IMG/VR virus record: IMGVR_UViG_3300037501_000255
Length of the DNA stretch: 64,000 nt
DNA from: a virus
Lineage: Duplodnaviria > Caudoviricetes
Strand: one strand, 5' to 3'
Position numbers and translations under genes: made by a program. Numbering within the stretch: the stretch's first letter is position 1; each line of letters begins with the position of its first letter. The notes under the pieces were generated by a model. It did no database searches and was not told the DNA's origin. It saw only the letters and a program-made list of their open reading frames with translations. Shown in pieces: positions 18,959 through 28,472 of this stretch.

Positions 18959-19638
18959 TTCTCCGCCACCCTAGACTTAATTCGGTGATCTACGCCAAGT
19001 GATACAATAGTTTTTACAGACTGTGAGCTAATCGACTCGAATATCTTCTTAAATTGCCCAGTAAAAGCCTCGTTCAGAGAAGAGTGATTTGTCGCGAATA
19101 ATATCGGTAGTCTATTCTGTACTCTATATCTAAACACGCGCTCGAAGGAGCGACCGAAGAAATTCTCAGAAGATTCGGTATCTGCAAAGTGTCGCGAGTC
19201 TACTTCATCTATACAAAGAAAATCTACATTGATCAGCTTATGATAAAATGTGGTTTTGTATGTATGGTCTGCCAGGTATGAGGCTATGTCCGAAAGCGAT
19301 GTGTAGTATGAAGTATAGCCACTCTTTAGCGCCGCCTTGAGGATAGTGCAGGCGCTCATTGTCTTCCCCGTCCCCGGCGAACCAGCATAGCATATCGATT
19401 GTCCGCCACGATACATATCGTCGATGTGTTCAACATACGCCTCTGTACTCTTTTTTATATGATCAGAGCCGGCGAAGTTTTTATAGGACAACATCCAGTA
19501 CGCTTCTGGTATATTTGCGTCCGCCATCGAATCTATGAATGAACGCATCGGAGTGCACTTCGCACAGCCGGTCTTACAGCCACACTTTTTACTAATCTCG
19601 GATTTCGCTAGCTGCTTCTTCCTCTCGATGACCGACAT
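18955..19638 (-). CDS. DnaC/DnaI/IstB-like AAA+ helicase loader
   Basis: CGCKTGCAKC Zn motif, YAGSPGTGKT, LCIDEVD, ATN. Start set at ATG 19638 (GGAGG RBS). Confidence 0.88.
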   Translation of the reverse strand: MSVIERKKQLAKSEISKKCGCKTGCAKCTPMRSFIDSMADANIPEAYWMLSYKNFAGSDHIKKSTEAYVEHIDDMYRGGQSICYAGSPGTGKTMSACTILKAALKSGYTSYYTSLSDIASYLADHTYKTTFYHKLINVDFLCIDEVDSRHFADTESSENFFGRSFERVFRYRVQNRLPILFATNHSSLNEAFTGQFKKIFESISSQSVKTIVSLGVDHRIKSRVAEK

Positions 19639-20329
19639 TGTCGTCCTCCATATTATCATTCACTTCGGATAGCGGCACGGGGCGCTCAAACGGCGAGCTT
19701 GACATTGAGAAGTCTGTGGGTAGGCGCATTGATAGACGACCAGTGCGAGGTGCTCCGAACTTCGTTGCGGCCGTAGCTATCTGGTTAACTAAATTCACCT
19801 TAGCTTGAATGTCCGCCATAGCAGCGTCCTTCTTTTCCGAATCTGTAGTGATAGTGATATTTGAGCCATCCAGTACGATATCTTTAACTACAAAAGAGCC
19901 TAGCACCGTCTTGATTTCTGAATTGGTAAATATTAGCTTCGCCAAATCTGGCGTCCAGCGAGATTGCTCTATAAGCGCTCTGTCTACGCCATCAATTGTG
20001 AACAATCTATTTAGTGCGCCAGTAAATGCTACCGTAATTGATGTCTTTGCAGGCATTTGCGGTTGAATTGGGTTTGGTGACGGAGATATTGGATGTAATT
20101 GTACCGGCCGGAATTGATCGTCGTCATCGGGGCCGTCGCTTGGTGGAGCTGGTGGAGGCGCGGTATCTACGGCTGGAATTTCTTCCACATACAGAACGTT
20201 CTCCCACAATATTTTACGACGAATAACATCTTGAACTATAACAAGGTATCTTTCGTCCTCGAAAAGCAGTCTGCCAACTACGGCATGGGGACGGGGCACT
20301 CCTGGTATCTTGAGAAATACTTTTAGCAT
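19592..20329 (-). CDS. Hypothetical protein with a possible Sm/SH3-like N-terminal domain and a Pro-rich linker
   Basis: VVGRLLFEDERYLVIVQ...KILWENVLYVE beta pattern, followed by PPPAPPSDGPDDDD. Confidence 0.6.
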   Translation of the reverse strand: MLKVFLKIPGVPRPHAVVGRLLFEDERYLVIVQDVIRRKILWENVLYVEEIPAVDTAPPPAPPSDGPDDDDQFRPVQLHPISPSPNPIQPQMPAKTSITVAFTGALNRLFTIDGVDRALIEQSRWTPDLAKLIFTNSEIKTVLGSFVVKDIVLDGSNITITTDSEKKDAAMADIQAKVNLVNQIATAATKFGAPRTGRLSMRLPTDFSMSSSPFERPVPLSEVNDNMEDDNVGHREEEAASEIRD

Positions 20330-21046
20330 TCATTCACTCCAACCAACTATATTCATCTTCTCGTCGACTATATTATTGAAACGCAGTCGATCGACGAATG
20401 TCTTGAAATCCGGCACGGCATCAAGATGCCCGTCGCGATACGCGAGAAGTGCCATCCTTAGTTCGCCGAAGTCGCGAAGGGACACGATATTTAATACCTC
20501 AGGACAGTTGTCCTGTATCCATGAGATCATCTTTTCAGGTAGTGGTTTGTCGCGAGTGATCTTTCTGGCTTTGTTGCGATAAAATTTGAACTCCTGCACT
20601 AAGTCCGGCACCGTCAAAAAGCTTAGACTTGTTATTTTTTTATTCTTCTTAGAGACCTTGTTAGTAAATATCCAATCTATATACTCCTTGCTAAGCAGCG
20701 CATCATTTCCAAGCATTGCGTATACTTTCCTAATACAGAAGATCTCCACACCGTTGAATAGTCCACGATCATTTAGTGAAAATGTAAACGAAAAGCCGTA
20801 ATATCGCTTATATTGCTCAGCAAAATAGCCTAAAAGGCATACGAGGTGGTCTTTCTTTGAATCCCACTTCTGAGGATCTTGCCAAAATGAGGAATAGCTA
20901 TCGCGCCAGCGTCTCCAATCATCAATTACCTTTCCGCAGTTGCTGCACTCAAGCCACGGCGTATTATCATCATCATAGCGAATATTGAAAATACCAACAT
21001 CGCGGCATGCGGCGGTATCGTGAATAATCGGCTTTTTCTTGCTCAT
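20330..21046 (-). CDS. Hypothetical Zn-ribbon protein, possible replication initiator
   Basis: LECSNCG motif. Lies two genes upstream of the DnaC-like loader. The function is inferred from position only. Confidence 0.5.
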   Translation of the reverse strand: MSKKKPIIHDTAACRDVGIFNIRYDDDNTPWLECSNCGKVIDDWRRWRDSYSSFWQDPQKWDSKKDHLVCLLGYFAEQYKRYYGFSFTFSLNDRGLFNGVEIFCIRKVYAMLGNDALLSKEYIDWIFTNKVSKKNKKITSLSFLTVPDLVQEFKFYRNKARKITRDKPLPEKMISWIQDNCPEVLNIVSLRDFGELRMALLAYRDGHLDAVPDFKTFVDRLRFNNIVDEKMNIVGWSE

Positions 21047-22557
21047 TACAACTTACCCTTTTTTGATAGGTATTTGTGCATGTCTGGGCCAGTCTTCACT
21101 GCAAAGGCAGGCTCAGACTTATATATATCATAGCGCAATACTGAGTGATCCTTCATAAAGTGCGTCTGATCGAATGTCTCTATTATGAATGCGTCTCGCT
21201 TGTTTGATTCGGGATTTGTGCGGATTACTCTCCCAACCCGCTGAAGCGCCTTGGCGGTACTCTTGCCACCAGCGCACGGGATGAGCGCATCGAGCTCCTT
21301 AATATCTACGCCTTGGTCATAGATGGTGCTGGCAACCAGGATATCGATAAGGCCGGCTCGGTAGTCATCTCGTATTTTTTCTCTCTCCGAGGCTCGCATT
21401 CGTCCATTGACAAGTCTTACTCGAATATCCGCAGGCATCTTCTCAATTAACCTCTCGCCGTGAGAGATTTCGCGATAAAGCATTAGTGGTCGACGACCCA
21501 TCTCTAGTAGCTTTAAAGTGTTACTAACGAGCATGCCGTCCCTTACATCATTGTCATTAATGTATTTCTTCTTAACATCTCGCCACTGCTTTTCTATAAA
21601 TGACTCATATTTGGGTATATCTCTAAAGATAATCTTTGGCTGTGCAAGATAGCCCTTCTCAATTAATTCGGATGCAGTGATGTCGCATATTCGCGGTCCA
21701 AAAGCAGCCTCGAGGAGAATATCATCTCCTGATGTTCTCCATGGTGTTGCTGTAAATCCAAGACGGTATGAGGCGTCCTTGCTTTCGCGCAAAATGAGGC
21801 GTATGGACTGGGCTGCTGCAAACTGCGCTTCATCAAGAATTATTACTTTAGATGAGTGTATTGCATCAAGTATGTCCCGTTTCTGCTTTTCATTTGGCGT
21901 CCAGCGCTCAACGTCTTCTTCATCAAGTGCCTTGATTGCCTGACCGCATGCCGTGCCAGCTGTCCATACACTGCATACATTTATTTTTCGTATCTCGCAT
22001 TTCCCACCGCCTATTATGCCGACATCAAGGCCTGTGGCGTCCGCGATAGTTTCATGCATTTGATTTAGCAGCTCCAAACTGACTACGTATACCATTGTCG
22101 GTAGATTCAGTTGCCCTACGATATTAGCTATCGCATAAGTCTTTCCGGAGCCGGTGGGCGATTTTATCATACCACGCTTTTTATCTAGGGCCATGTCCGT
22201 TATTCGAATCTGGTGGGGGTAGAGCTTTGGGCCCAGATACGGAGCCGGTTTGAGGCGCTCCTCATAGCGTATATTGTTTACTATCTCAACTTCAATTCCA
22301 AATCCCCTAAGTGCCGTATGTACCTTTTCTACCAGTCCAGATGGGAATTTGAGAGTGCGTGTAAGAAGTCGATTTTTACCGTCCCACCCGCCTGTTTTAT
22401 ATTGCAGTTGGAATTTATAACCGGGCTCAGAGTATGATAATAGATCAGATATCGCATCTATTATTTCAAGTTGCGTTAGACCTTCAATTTGAGTATAGAC
22501 TGAACTTACTATTAGTTTAACCACATTGCCTGGCCAATTAAGACACATAAGGGCCAT
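21046..22557 (-). CDS. Superfamily 2 helicase (UvsW/XPB-like)
   Basis: SPTGSGKT, ILDEAQ, GFTATPWR, YDQGVDI, QRVGRVIR. Confidence 0.92.
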   Translation of the reverse strand: MALMCLNWPGNVVKLIVSSVYTQIEGLTQLEIIDAISDLLSYSEPGYKFQLQYKTGGWDGKNRLLTRTLKFPSGLVEKVHTALRGFGIEVEIVNNIRYEERLKPAPYLGPKLYPHQIRITDMALDKKRGMIKSPTGSGKTYAIANIVGQLNLPTMVYVVSLELLNQMHETIADATGLDVGIIGGGKCEIRKINVCSVWTAGTACGQAIKALDEEDVERWTPNEKQKRDILDAIHSSKVIILDEAQFAAAQSIRLILRESKDASYRLGFTATPWRTSGDDILLEAAFGPRICDITASELIEKGYLAQPKIIFRDIPKYESFIEKQWRDVKKKYINDNDVRDGMLVSNTLKLLEMGRRPLMLYREISHGERLIEKMPADIRVRLVNGRMRASEREKIRDDYRAGLIDILVASTIYDQGVDIKELDALIPCAGGKSTAKALQRVGRVIRTNPESNKRDAFIIETFDQTHFMKDHSVLRYDIYKSEPAFAVKTGPDMHKYLSKKGKL

Positions 22558-22595
22558 ATTTCAGGCCCCTCCGTGTTGGGTTGTAACGCAGCTGT

Positions 22596-24059
22596 TTAGC
22601 GGCGCCTATCTAAAATGTCCTTGCGTGAAGCTGAGATTAGCTTGCCAACAGCGCTTTTGTTTTTGCGTATCTTGTCAAGCATCTTATCTGCCGCAGTGGT
22701 AGTTCTATCTTTGTTTAGTCCGACATTCATCTTGTCTGCAGACATCTTCTTCTTGTCTACTAGGGCAGACATGTGGCGATCTGCTTCCTTCTTGAGCGAA
22801 TCAACGCGCTCGCGCGGGAGCCCCATTCCACTGAATATGAAGTAGATCTGTATATCATCATTATCTGATGGAACTTGGTATATGCCCTTGAATACGCGAG
22901 CTGAGCTGTACTCATCTGCAATGAACTTAAATATGAATGAAATCGACTGTGTCGGCACTCTATCTAGCACCTCTTGGCGCGCAGTTACGAGAATGCCGAC
23001 GCTTTGAGCTTCTTTGAGGTCAAAGCCGCTGGCCAATAGACCATGCTCGAGATTGTCGGAGATTGCGGACACTAGAGCAAGGTCATTGCTCTCATACTCA
23101 TCTCTTGAAATACGATTGGAGCCGAAGAGTACGCAATTGCCTGCTTCCAGCAGTGATTTTGCTAAATCCATCGGATCAAGAGATTCTAGATTTGATGGTT
23201 GTGAGGCTAGAGCATTAAACATATGCAGAGGCTCAACAATAGCGTTGTTGGCGACTTTCCAGAATTGAGCAGGGCCCAGATTTGAGTAGGCGAGCTCAAT
23301 TTTGGCATTATCCACGAGAACTAGCGAATTAATTACCTCTTTCGAGGCCATGTCCGCCATCTCGGATAGCACCTGTACAGCATTGAATTTAGACTGACTG
23401 TCGTCCGTTGAGCCGGGCAGTACCAGCATTACTATTACTGGCTTTCCAAATGTCGCAAGCAGGCTTGCAATTGTACTGGCGCTTCCTGCGCCGGTACCGC
23501 CGCCAGCCGATGCACACAATACAAGTACGTCAGCCTCTGCAATATGCTCGGTAATGAATGTTTTGACATGTTCAAAGTTGTCTTCTATGGCAGCACGAGC
23601 TACTTCCAAATCCTTACCTGTTCCGCCAAGGGAGTAGTTCATGAAGAATTTGCGACCCTCAGGAATTTCCAGCAGCTCAAGATCCTGCTTTGCGGTATTT
23701 ACAGCGCAAACGTCGTACCCAAGGTCATAAAAGACCTTGGCTAACTTGCCGCCGGCCTGACCGGAGCCGATTACACCAAAACGAAGAGACACTCGCCTCT
23801 CAACTGTTTTTGGCTTTGGCTGCTCGGTACCAGAAGACTCGCGCTGGGCCTTCTTTTGCTCTAGGAATTTTTCAAAATCCTGATTTCTAATTGCTTCTTT
23901 TGTTGGGTCTGTCATCTCTGGTCTCCCGTGACTTAATAGTATTTTTAGTTGTTCATTTTCTTTTATTATTTGAGCTTCGGACTTGATGTACGTAGTACGG
24001 GTGTCCTCATCAATTATTACAACTCTAGACGACTTATTTTCACTCATTGCGCGCCTCAT
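22596..24059 (-). CDS. Tubulin/FtsZ-superfamily GTPase
   Basis: FGVIGSGQAGGKLA, AVNTAKQDL, GTGKD, signature AGGGTGAG, LVDN, T7-like SLDPMD. Probable start MSENK at 24047. Confidence 0.92.
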   Translation of the reverse strand: MRRAMSENKSSRVVIIDEDTRTTYIKSEAQIIKENEQLKILLSHGRPEMTDPTKEAIRNQDFEKFLEQKKAQRESSGTEQPKPKTVERRVSLRFGVIGSGQAGGKLAKVFYDLGYDVCAVNTAKQDLELLEIPEGRKFFMNYSLGGTGKDLEVARAAIEDNFEHVKTFITEHIAEADVLVLCASAGGGTGAGSASTIASLLATFGKPVIVMLVLPGSTDDSQSKFNAVQVLSEMADMASKEVINSLVLVDNAKIELAYSNLGPAQFWKVANNAIVEPLHMFNALASQPSNLESLDPMDLAKSLLEAGNCVLFGSNRISRDEYESNDLALVSAISDNLEHGLLASGFDLKEAQSVGILVTARQEVLDRVPTQSISFIFKFIADEYSSARVFKGIYQVPSDNDDIQIYFIFSGMGLPRERVDSLKKEADRHMSALVDKKKMSADKMNVGLNKDRTTTAADKMLDKIRKNKSAVGKLISASRKDILDRRR

Positions 24060-24897
24060 TTGAAGCCCAGGTATTCACAGCATGCCACGACAGCGTATGC
24101 TCCAAGGCTTCTCTGAGTTCATATTTTGAGTTCCACCCCATAGCCTGTAGCCTGTCACAGTTGGCTGGGGTAAATTCATGCTTTGCAATGTCAATTGGAA
24201 GCCCTTCTGAAATCCTCTGTAGGCCCATCATAATCTCATACTCGCTCGCAACCCTACCCGAGGCAGCAAAGTACTCTCCGCTCATACTGCCGGAGTTTAA
24301 CAGAAGCTCGGCAGACGATAATAGGTCTTTTATATATAACCATTCTCTGGGCGTATTTGAGGCTGCCTCTGTGTTGGGCCACTTACTTGCAATAATGCGA
24401 CCCATTGCCGCGGTGAGCGGATCGCCGTCCTCCTGACGTGGACCATATATTCGGCATGTGCGCAAAATGCTTGTCGTATCCATATTGCTATCTGATTTGC
24501 AAATTTCAACGCCATAACGATACGATTCATTTCTATCCTCTGACCATGAATCCGGCACTAGGTAGAGCACATGCGCGCCAAATTCTTTGGCACTAGCAAT
24601 GGTCCGTACAAGGGATTGGTGATACGTGCTGCGCTCTGGGGTTTTGCAGAAAACCACCTGGGAGGGGCGCTCTAATTCAAATAACTTCCTGGTTATATGT
24701 GGGTCGCTCATTTGTGTAAGGTAAAATTTGTGCCTCTCCCCTCTTTTATGCGAGAGCGCAAAGTGTAGATTTCGCAAATCTCGCTCTACACGCAAATCAT
24801 CTACTGTGACTAGCGTATGTTGCGTGTTTTGCAGCAGGGATGCTGCTAGACTTGCGCCTAGACCCGAGGCGGCTCCAACAATCAAAATCTTAGACAC
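24040..24897 (-). CDS. NAD-dependent epimerase/dehydratase-like protein with degenerate motifs
   Basis: KILIVGAASGLG, LRTCRIYGPRQ, REWLYIKDL, LGW-like MGW...LREALEHTLSW. No YxxxK motif found. Confidence 0.75.
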   Translation of the reverse strand: MSKILIVGAASGLGASLAASLLQNTQHTLVTVDDLRVERDLRNLHFALSHKRGERHKFYLTQMSDPHITRKLFELERPSQVVFCKTPERSTYHQSLVRTIASAKEFGAHVLYLVPDSWSEDRNESYRYGVEICKSDSNMDTTSILRTCRIYGPRQEDGDPLTAAMGRIIASKWPNTEAASNTPREWLYIKDLLSSAELLLNSGSMSGEYFAASGRVASEYEIMMGLQRISEGLPIDIAKHEFTPANCDRLQAMGWNSKYELREALEHTLSWHAVNTWASNEARNE

Positions 24898-24905
24898 TCT
24901 AGCTC

Positions 24906-25544
24906 CTATTTTGTAAACCTTGCCTCTTCTAAGAATTGAGGTCGGGTGGGACGGAGGATATTTGCCGGTATATATCCCCGCTTTTCATTGATTAATACAT
25001 CGAGGGTCTGCTCAAACGTAGTTCCTTGGATTGATGCTGCGTAAATATCTGCAGCGCCCGATGCCCGCGCAAGGTGTAAGCCGGGGTCGCTAACGCTAAG
25101 GCCGTATGGGATTCTGGCATCTGCGCCAAATATATCGGAGGCAACAATGTTCATAGGCTGCCATACTAAAACATATGAAGAGTGATACTTTGCTATCTTT
25201 TTTAGCATATCGATCTCAGGCTGAGTAACGCAAAGTATTGATGATTGGTAGCTACTATAGATTGTCAGATCCAAAACCCCATCAACATGCGGATCTGTTC
25301 GCTGAGATATGAATATGTCTGGTGTGACGCAGAATTGCGCCGCCCGCTCACCAACAGCAATGACTACATCAAAAAATGCTCTCAAAGTCTTATAGCTTAT
25401 TGCGGGAAGGCGATTGTCTAAGACGAGGACACGCCGCCCGTCCATTGAGTGCTGTAGTGCGGAAACATTTACAGCCGAGCTGTGATTTCCAAAGAGATTA
25501 TTTTTGTTCATGCCATTCTTTAAGTAAATCGCTAAGATCTGCAC
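24906..25544 (-). CDS. Hypothetical protein, weakly Maf/DUF115-like
   Basis: LQHSMDGRRVLVL...DVVIAVGE...VTPDIFIS resembles the Maf N-terminal Rossmann pattern, but the GPSL motif is absent. Start may be 25511. Confidence 0.4.
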   Translation of the reverse strand: MQILAIYLKNGMNKNNLFGNHSSAVNVSALQHSMDGRRVLVLDNRLPAISYKTLRAFFDVVIAVGERAAQFCVTPDIFISQRTDPHVDGVLDLTIYSSYQSSILCVTQPEIDMLKKIAKYHSSYVLVWQPMNIVASDIFGADARIPYGLSVSDPGLHLARASGAADIYAASIQGTTFEQTLDVLINEKRGYIPANILRPTRPQFLEEARFTK

Positions 25545-26187
25545 CAGATACTACATCTGTGAGAAGCGCATCTAACATAGCAATACTGGACTTGGTTTCA
25601 AACCTAAGGTCTTGTATTCCATCATATATATAGTATGGACCTTCATTAGTATTGTTTATCGACTCCCATGCAATACTCTTAATTAACTCCGCCTGCTTTT
25701 CAGCATAATTCCTATATCTGTATAAATTGGCTATAGTGTGAAATGGTAGGACTGAAACTTCAATCCCTGCAGGGTATCCAACCGTATGTACTGGTGCGAG
25801 AGTCTCTGCATGCCTCATAATACACTCTTTGATTAGTCCAGGGGGCGTAAGTGCCGCGTCAGCCCGGACAATACAAAGTGAAGTCAGTCCAAATTTAATA
25901 CACGCCTCATATGCTTTTCCTACCCAGTCTTTCTTATCTGAGAAATGCAACTTAACCCTCTCATCTGACTGAATAAGTGTTTTATCTAGTGCTGCTGAAT
26001 TAAATGCCGTGCCGTTAACCTGCGCCATATCTTTATAGTCGAGACACACAACTATCTTATGTGCAACCTCAACATCAGTTACTGCTAAAATCGTATGCTC
26101 CAATATGGTCTTACCAGCTGCCCTGTAAAGAAGCTTCCACTCCCACATTGGATCTCGCAGGCTCCCCAAAATGACGACGCCAATCAT
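25498..26187 (-). CDS. SpsF/KdsB-like cytidylyltransferase (GT-A fold)
   Basis: VILGSLR...KLLYRAAGKTILEHTI, IVRADAALTPP, GYPAGIEVSV, DLRFET. Confidence 0.7.
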   Translation of the reverse strand: MIGVVILGSLRDPMWEWKLLYRAAGKTILEHTILAVTDVEVAHKIVVCLDYKDMAQVNGTAFNSAALDKTLIQSDERVKLHFSDKKDWVGKAYEACIKFGLTSLCIVRADAALTPPGLIKECIMRHAETLAPVHTVGYPAGIEVSVLPFHTIANLYRYRNYAEKQAELIKSIAWESINNTNEGPYYIYDGIQDLRFETKSSIAMLDALLTDVVSGADLSDLLKEWHEQK

Positions 26188-26753
26188 CGGAGCCTCTCGA
26201 AAAATTCCTTGATAGTTAAAGAGAATATTGACTCATCTTTGTATTTACCTTTAATGAAGACGGACCGGCGCCGAATACCTTCAGCAGTGAAGCCATTGGC
26301 ATCTAATACTTCTGCTATATCATTGGTGCTCACAGCGCTTATCCACACCTTATTTAGACACAACTCTCTAAATGCATAGTCCAAAAGAGTTTTGAATGCA
26401 TGCTGGGAGGCAGGATGATCTTGCAGTGTGCTTTTGTGTCCATCCTTATCTACCATTATGAATATCAGCCGACCATGGCGAGAGGCCCAATCTATATCAG
26501 TAATTCCACATATTCCAACAAGCCAACTGCGACTTGCTGAAGAGCTGTCTGACTTAGATACTCTTATAGCAAACATATGTTTATCTGTGTGCAGTATACG
26601 CTCATACCACTCAGAAAAGTTCATATCATTAAATTCAGAACGCTCATCCATAAGTAGGTTGAATCCAGAATTTATGATATTCTTCACTGAGTTAATGTCG
26701 GATCGATCGATCTGAGATAATTCTACATGAAGATCACTCATTTTTAAACTCAT
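26184..26753 (-). CDS. GNAT acetyltransferase (RimL/PseH-like)
   Basis: LVGICGITDIDWASRHG, LDYAFRELCLNKVW, GFTAEGIRR. Confidence 0.85.
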   Translation of the reverse strand: MSLKMSDLHVELSQIDRSDINSVKNIINSGFNLLMDERSEFNDMNFSEWYERILHTDKHMFAIRVSKSDSSSASRSWLVGICGITDIDWASRHGRLIFIMVDKDGHKSTLQDHPASQHAFKTLLDYAFRELCLNKVWISAVSTNDIAEVLDANGFTAEGIRRRSVFIKGKYKDESIFSLTIKEFFERLR

Positions 26754-27204
26754 TTTGGAATATGGACATCTCTACCACATGAACATATTTTCCATCTAAA
26801 TAGTAGTGCTGTCTTTTACGCACCTCAATATTACCACCTAGGAAAATATGGTCTTTGATAGCCTCGCTACGATCGTATATTATGTCTGCAGTGAGTTTAT
26901 TGCAGTTATATGTGTCGAATAAATCTGACAATACTCTGCGTATTATCATCCGGCGATCGGCATCTGTAGAAAATATTATTGAATATTTCAGAACACGACT
27001 TATCCAATTTATACTATGTACCTTGATAAAGGCTACGGGGTTTCCATCTTCAGACAGGATTACGCGCCAGGAGCCCAGCTCCCCCTCGATCTCATCCATT
27101 GTCCGCTTATGCTTGTCGTACAACACATAGTCATGCTCTTTTCTATTGATTGCAACAACTATATTGGATATGTGTATCTTTTCTGCCTTACTTGCTCTCA
27201 GCAT
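26734..27204 (-). CDS. GNAT acetyltransferase-like protein, divergent paralog
   Basis: PVAFIKVHSINWISR, LFDTYNCNKL, GGNIEVRKRQHYYLDGKYVH. Confidence 0.65.
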   Translation of the reverse strand: MLRASKAEKIHISNIVVAINRKEHDYVLYDKHKRTMDEIEGELGSWRVILSEDGNPVAFIKVHSINWISRVLKYSIIFSTDADRRMIIRRVLSDLFDTYNCNKLTADIIYDRSEAIKDHIFLGGNIEVRKRQHYYLDGKYVHVVEMSIFQNEFKNE

Positions 27205-27334
27205 TACTAAGTCCCTCTTGCACCGGGATTGTCGTACAGTCCCGTACGCTACTGCATACTATTTTTGTGCCAGAGTAGGTCCATTTTACAATTTTGAATA
27301 CGCCATCAGGTCTTTTGTGAATCTTCTTCTTCAA
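27188..27334 (-). CDS. Small 48-aa hypothetical protein (not in the ORF track)
   Basis: TTG at 27334 with GGAGG 4 nt upstream. Reads MKKKIHKRPDGVFKIVKWTYSGTKIVCSSVRDCTTIPVQEGLSNAESK and fills the only gap in the cluster. Confidence 0.45.
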   Translation of the reverse strand: MKKKIHKRPDGVFKIVKWTYSGTKIVCSSVRDCTTIPVQEGLSNAESK

Positions 27335-28472
27335 TAATCCTCCCTGTTGATTTTGCAAGTGCCAAAATCTTGTCTAGTGCAAGATTCCAGGTATATTGGG
27401 GCGCAGTTTTAGCCATTTCAGGCTTCATCTTAATACACACATCGCTATAATTTTCATAAACATACCGCAACTTCTCGCCAAAATCCACAGGGTCAGGATT
27501 TCCCGTAGTTGCACCTGGGGTTACACCCCAGTATTGCTCTTGCGGAAGAGCTTTTCTTACACCGCAACGCGTAAGTATAGAGTTGGAATCATTTAAGAAA
27601 TCTAGTTGGCCGCCGAAACGGGGGGCTACAACCGGCAAGCCGCAGGAGAGTGCCTCTAAGAAGGGCATCCCCCACCCTTCAGATGCAGTCATAAGCGCAA
27701 ATGCATTGCAGGCCGTATATAGGGATGCCATGTTATCCACTTTCTTATTGACTATACAGATTTCTGGCATCATTTTACCATATTTCTTAGACAATTGATT
27801 TAACTTCGGTCTCAAGTCAACCTCGAAGGGCTTGACTTGCTCTCCATTTTTGAATATTTTAGTTTTAAGAACCAGGCACACATCGTCATCTACAGCAAAT
27901 GTTTTACAAAATACATCTAGTAGGGCAGGCAATTGTTTTCTGTAGTGCGGGGCTGCAACGCATAGAAATTTGAATTTCTTTTGTGTTGGAAGCTCTGCAG
28001 GCGGCGCTGATGGGTTAAATAGACCCAGATCTATTCCGTGATGTACGACGTGTATCTTTTCCGAGGGGCATCCGTTGCGGCGGAACATGTCGGCAACATA
28101 GTTGCTGGATGGAAGCACGAAATCAACTAGGTGGTAGAATTTTTTCCAGCCTGCAGGCATATGACTTGATTCATAGTCGTATAGTGCCATCTTAACTTTT
28201 GATGATGTTAAGAATCTTTGTTGGAAATTCTGTGGTACAGTGAATACTATATCGATATCATATGGTATTCCCTTCCTTATCATATGTCGTTCTGATAGCA
28301 TCGCATCGGAATTCCTCTTTTCATTCCAATACATCATCCCATTAGTACCATTTGTTGATATGAAATCTACCGCATGACCGCGAAGCTCCGCAGCGTGCAG
28401 TAATTCCTCCATAACCACAGACCATGATAGGTCTGCGGCTCCCCAGGTAAAACTTCGTATCCTCATTGTCAC
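27306..28472 (-). CDS. Glycosyltransferase family 4 (GT-B fold)
   Basis: HVVHHGID, KFKFLCV, EGWGMPFLEALSCGLPVV (EX7E motif). Confidence 0.92.
   Translation of the reverse strand: MTMRIRSFTWGAADLSWSVVMEELLHAAELRGHAVDFISTNGTNGMMYWNEKRNSDAMLSERHMIRKGIPYDIDIVFTVPQNFQQRFLTSSKVKMALYDYESSHMPAGWKKFYHLVDFVLPSSNYVADMFRRNGCPSEKIHVVHHGIDLGLFNPSAPPAELPTQKKFKFLCVAAPHYRKQLPALLDVFCKTFAVDDDVCLVLKTKIFKNGEQVKPFEVDLRPKLNQLSKKYGKMMPEICIVNKKVDNMASLYTACNAFALMTASEGWGMPFLEALSCGLPVVAPRFGGQLDFLNDSNSILTRCGVRKALPQEQYWGVTPGATTGNPDPVDFGEKLRYVYENYSDVCIKMKPEMAKTAPQYTWNLALDKILALAKSTGRIIEEEDSQKT

Noticed and set aside
9453-22557. Inteins or introns in nrdJ, dnaB or the SF2 helicase
   Set aside because: Lengths and motif spacing are normal, and no intein splice or LAGLIDADG blocks are seen.
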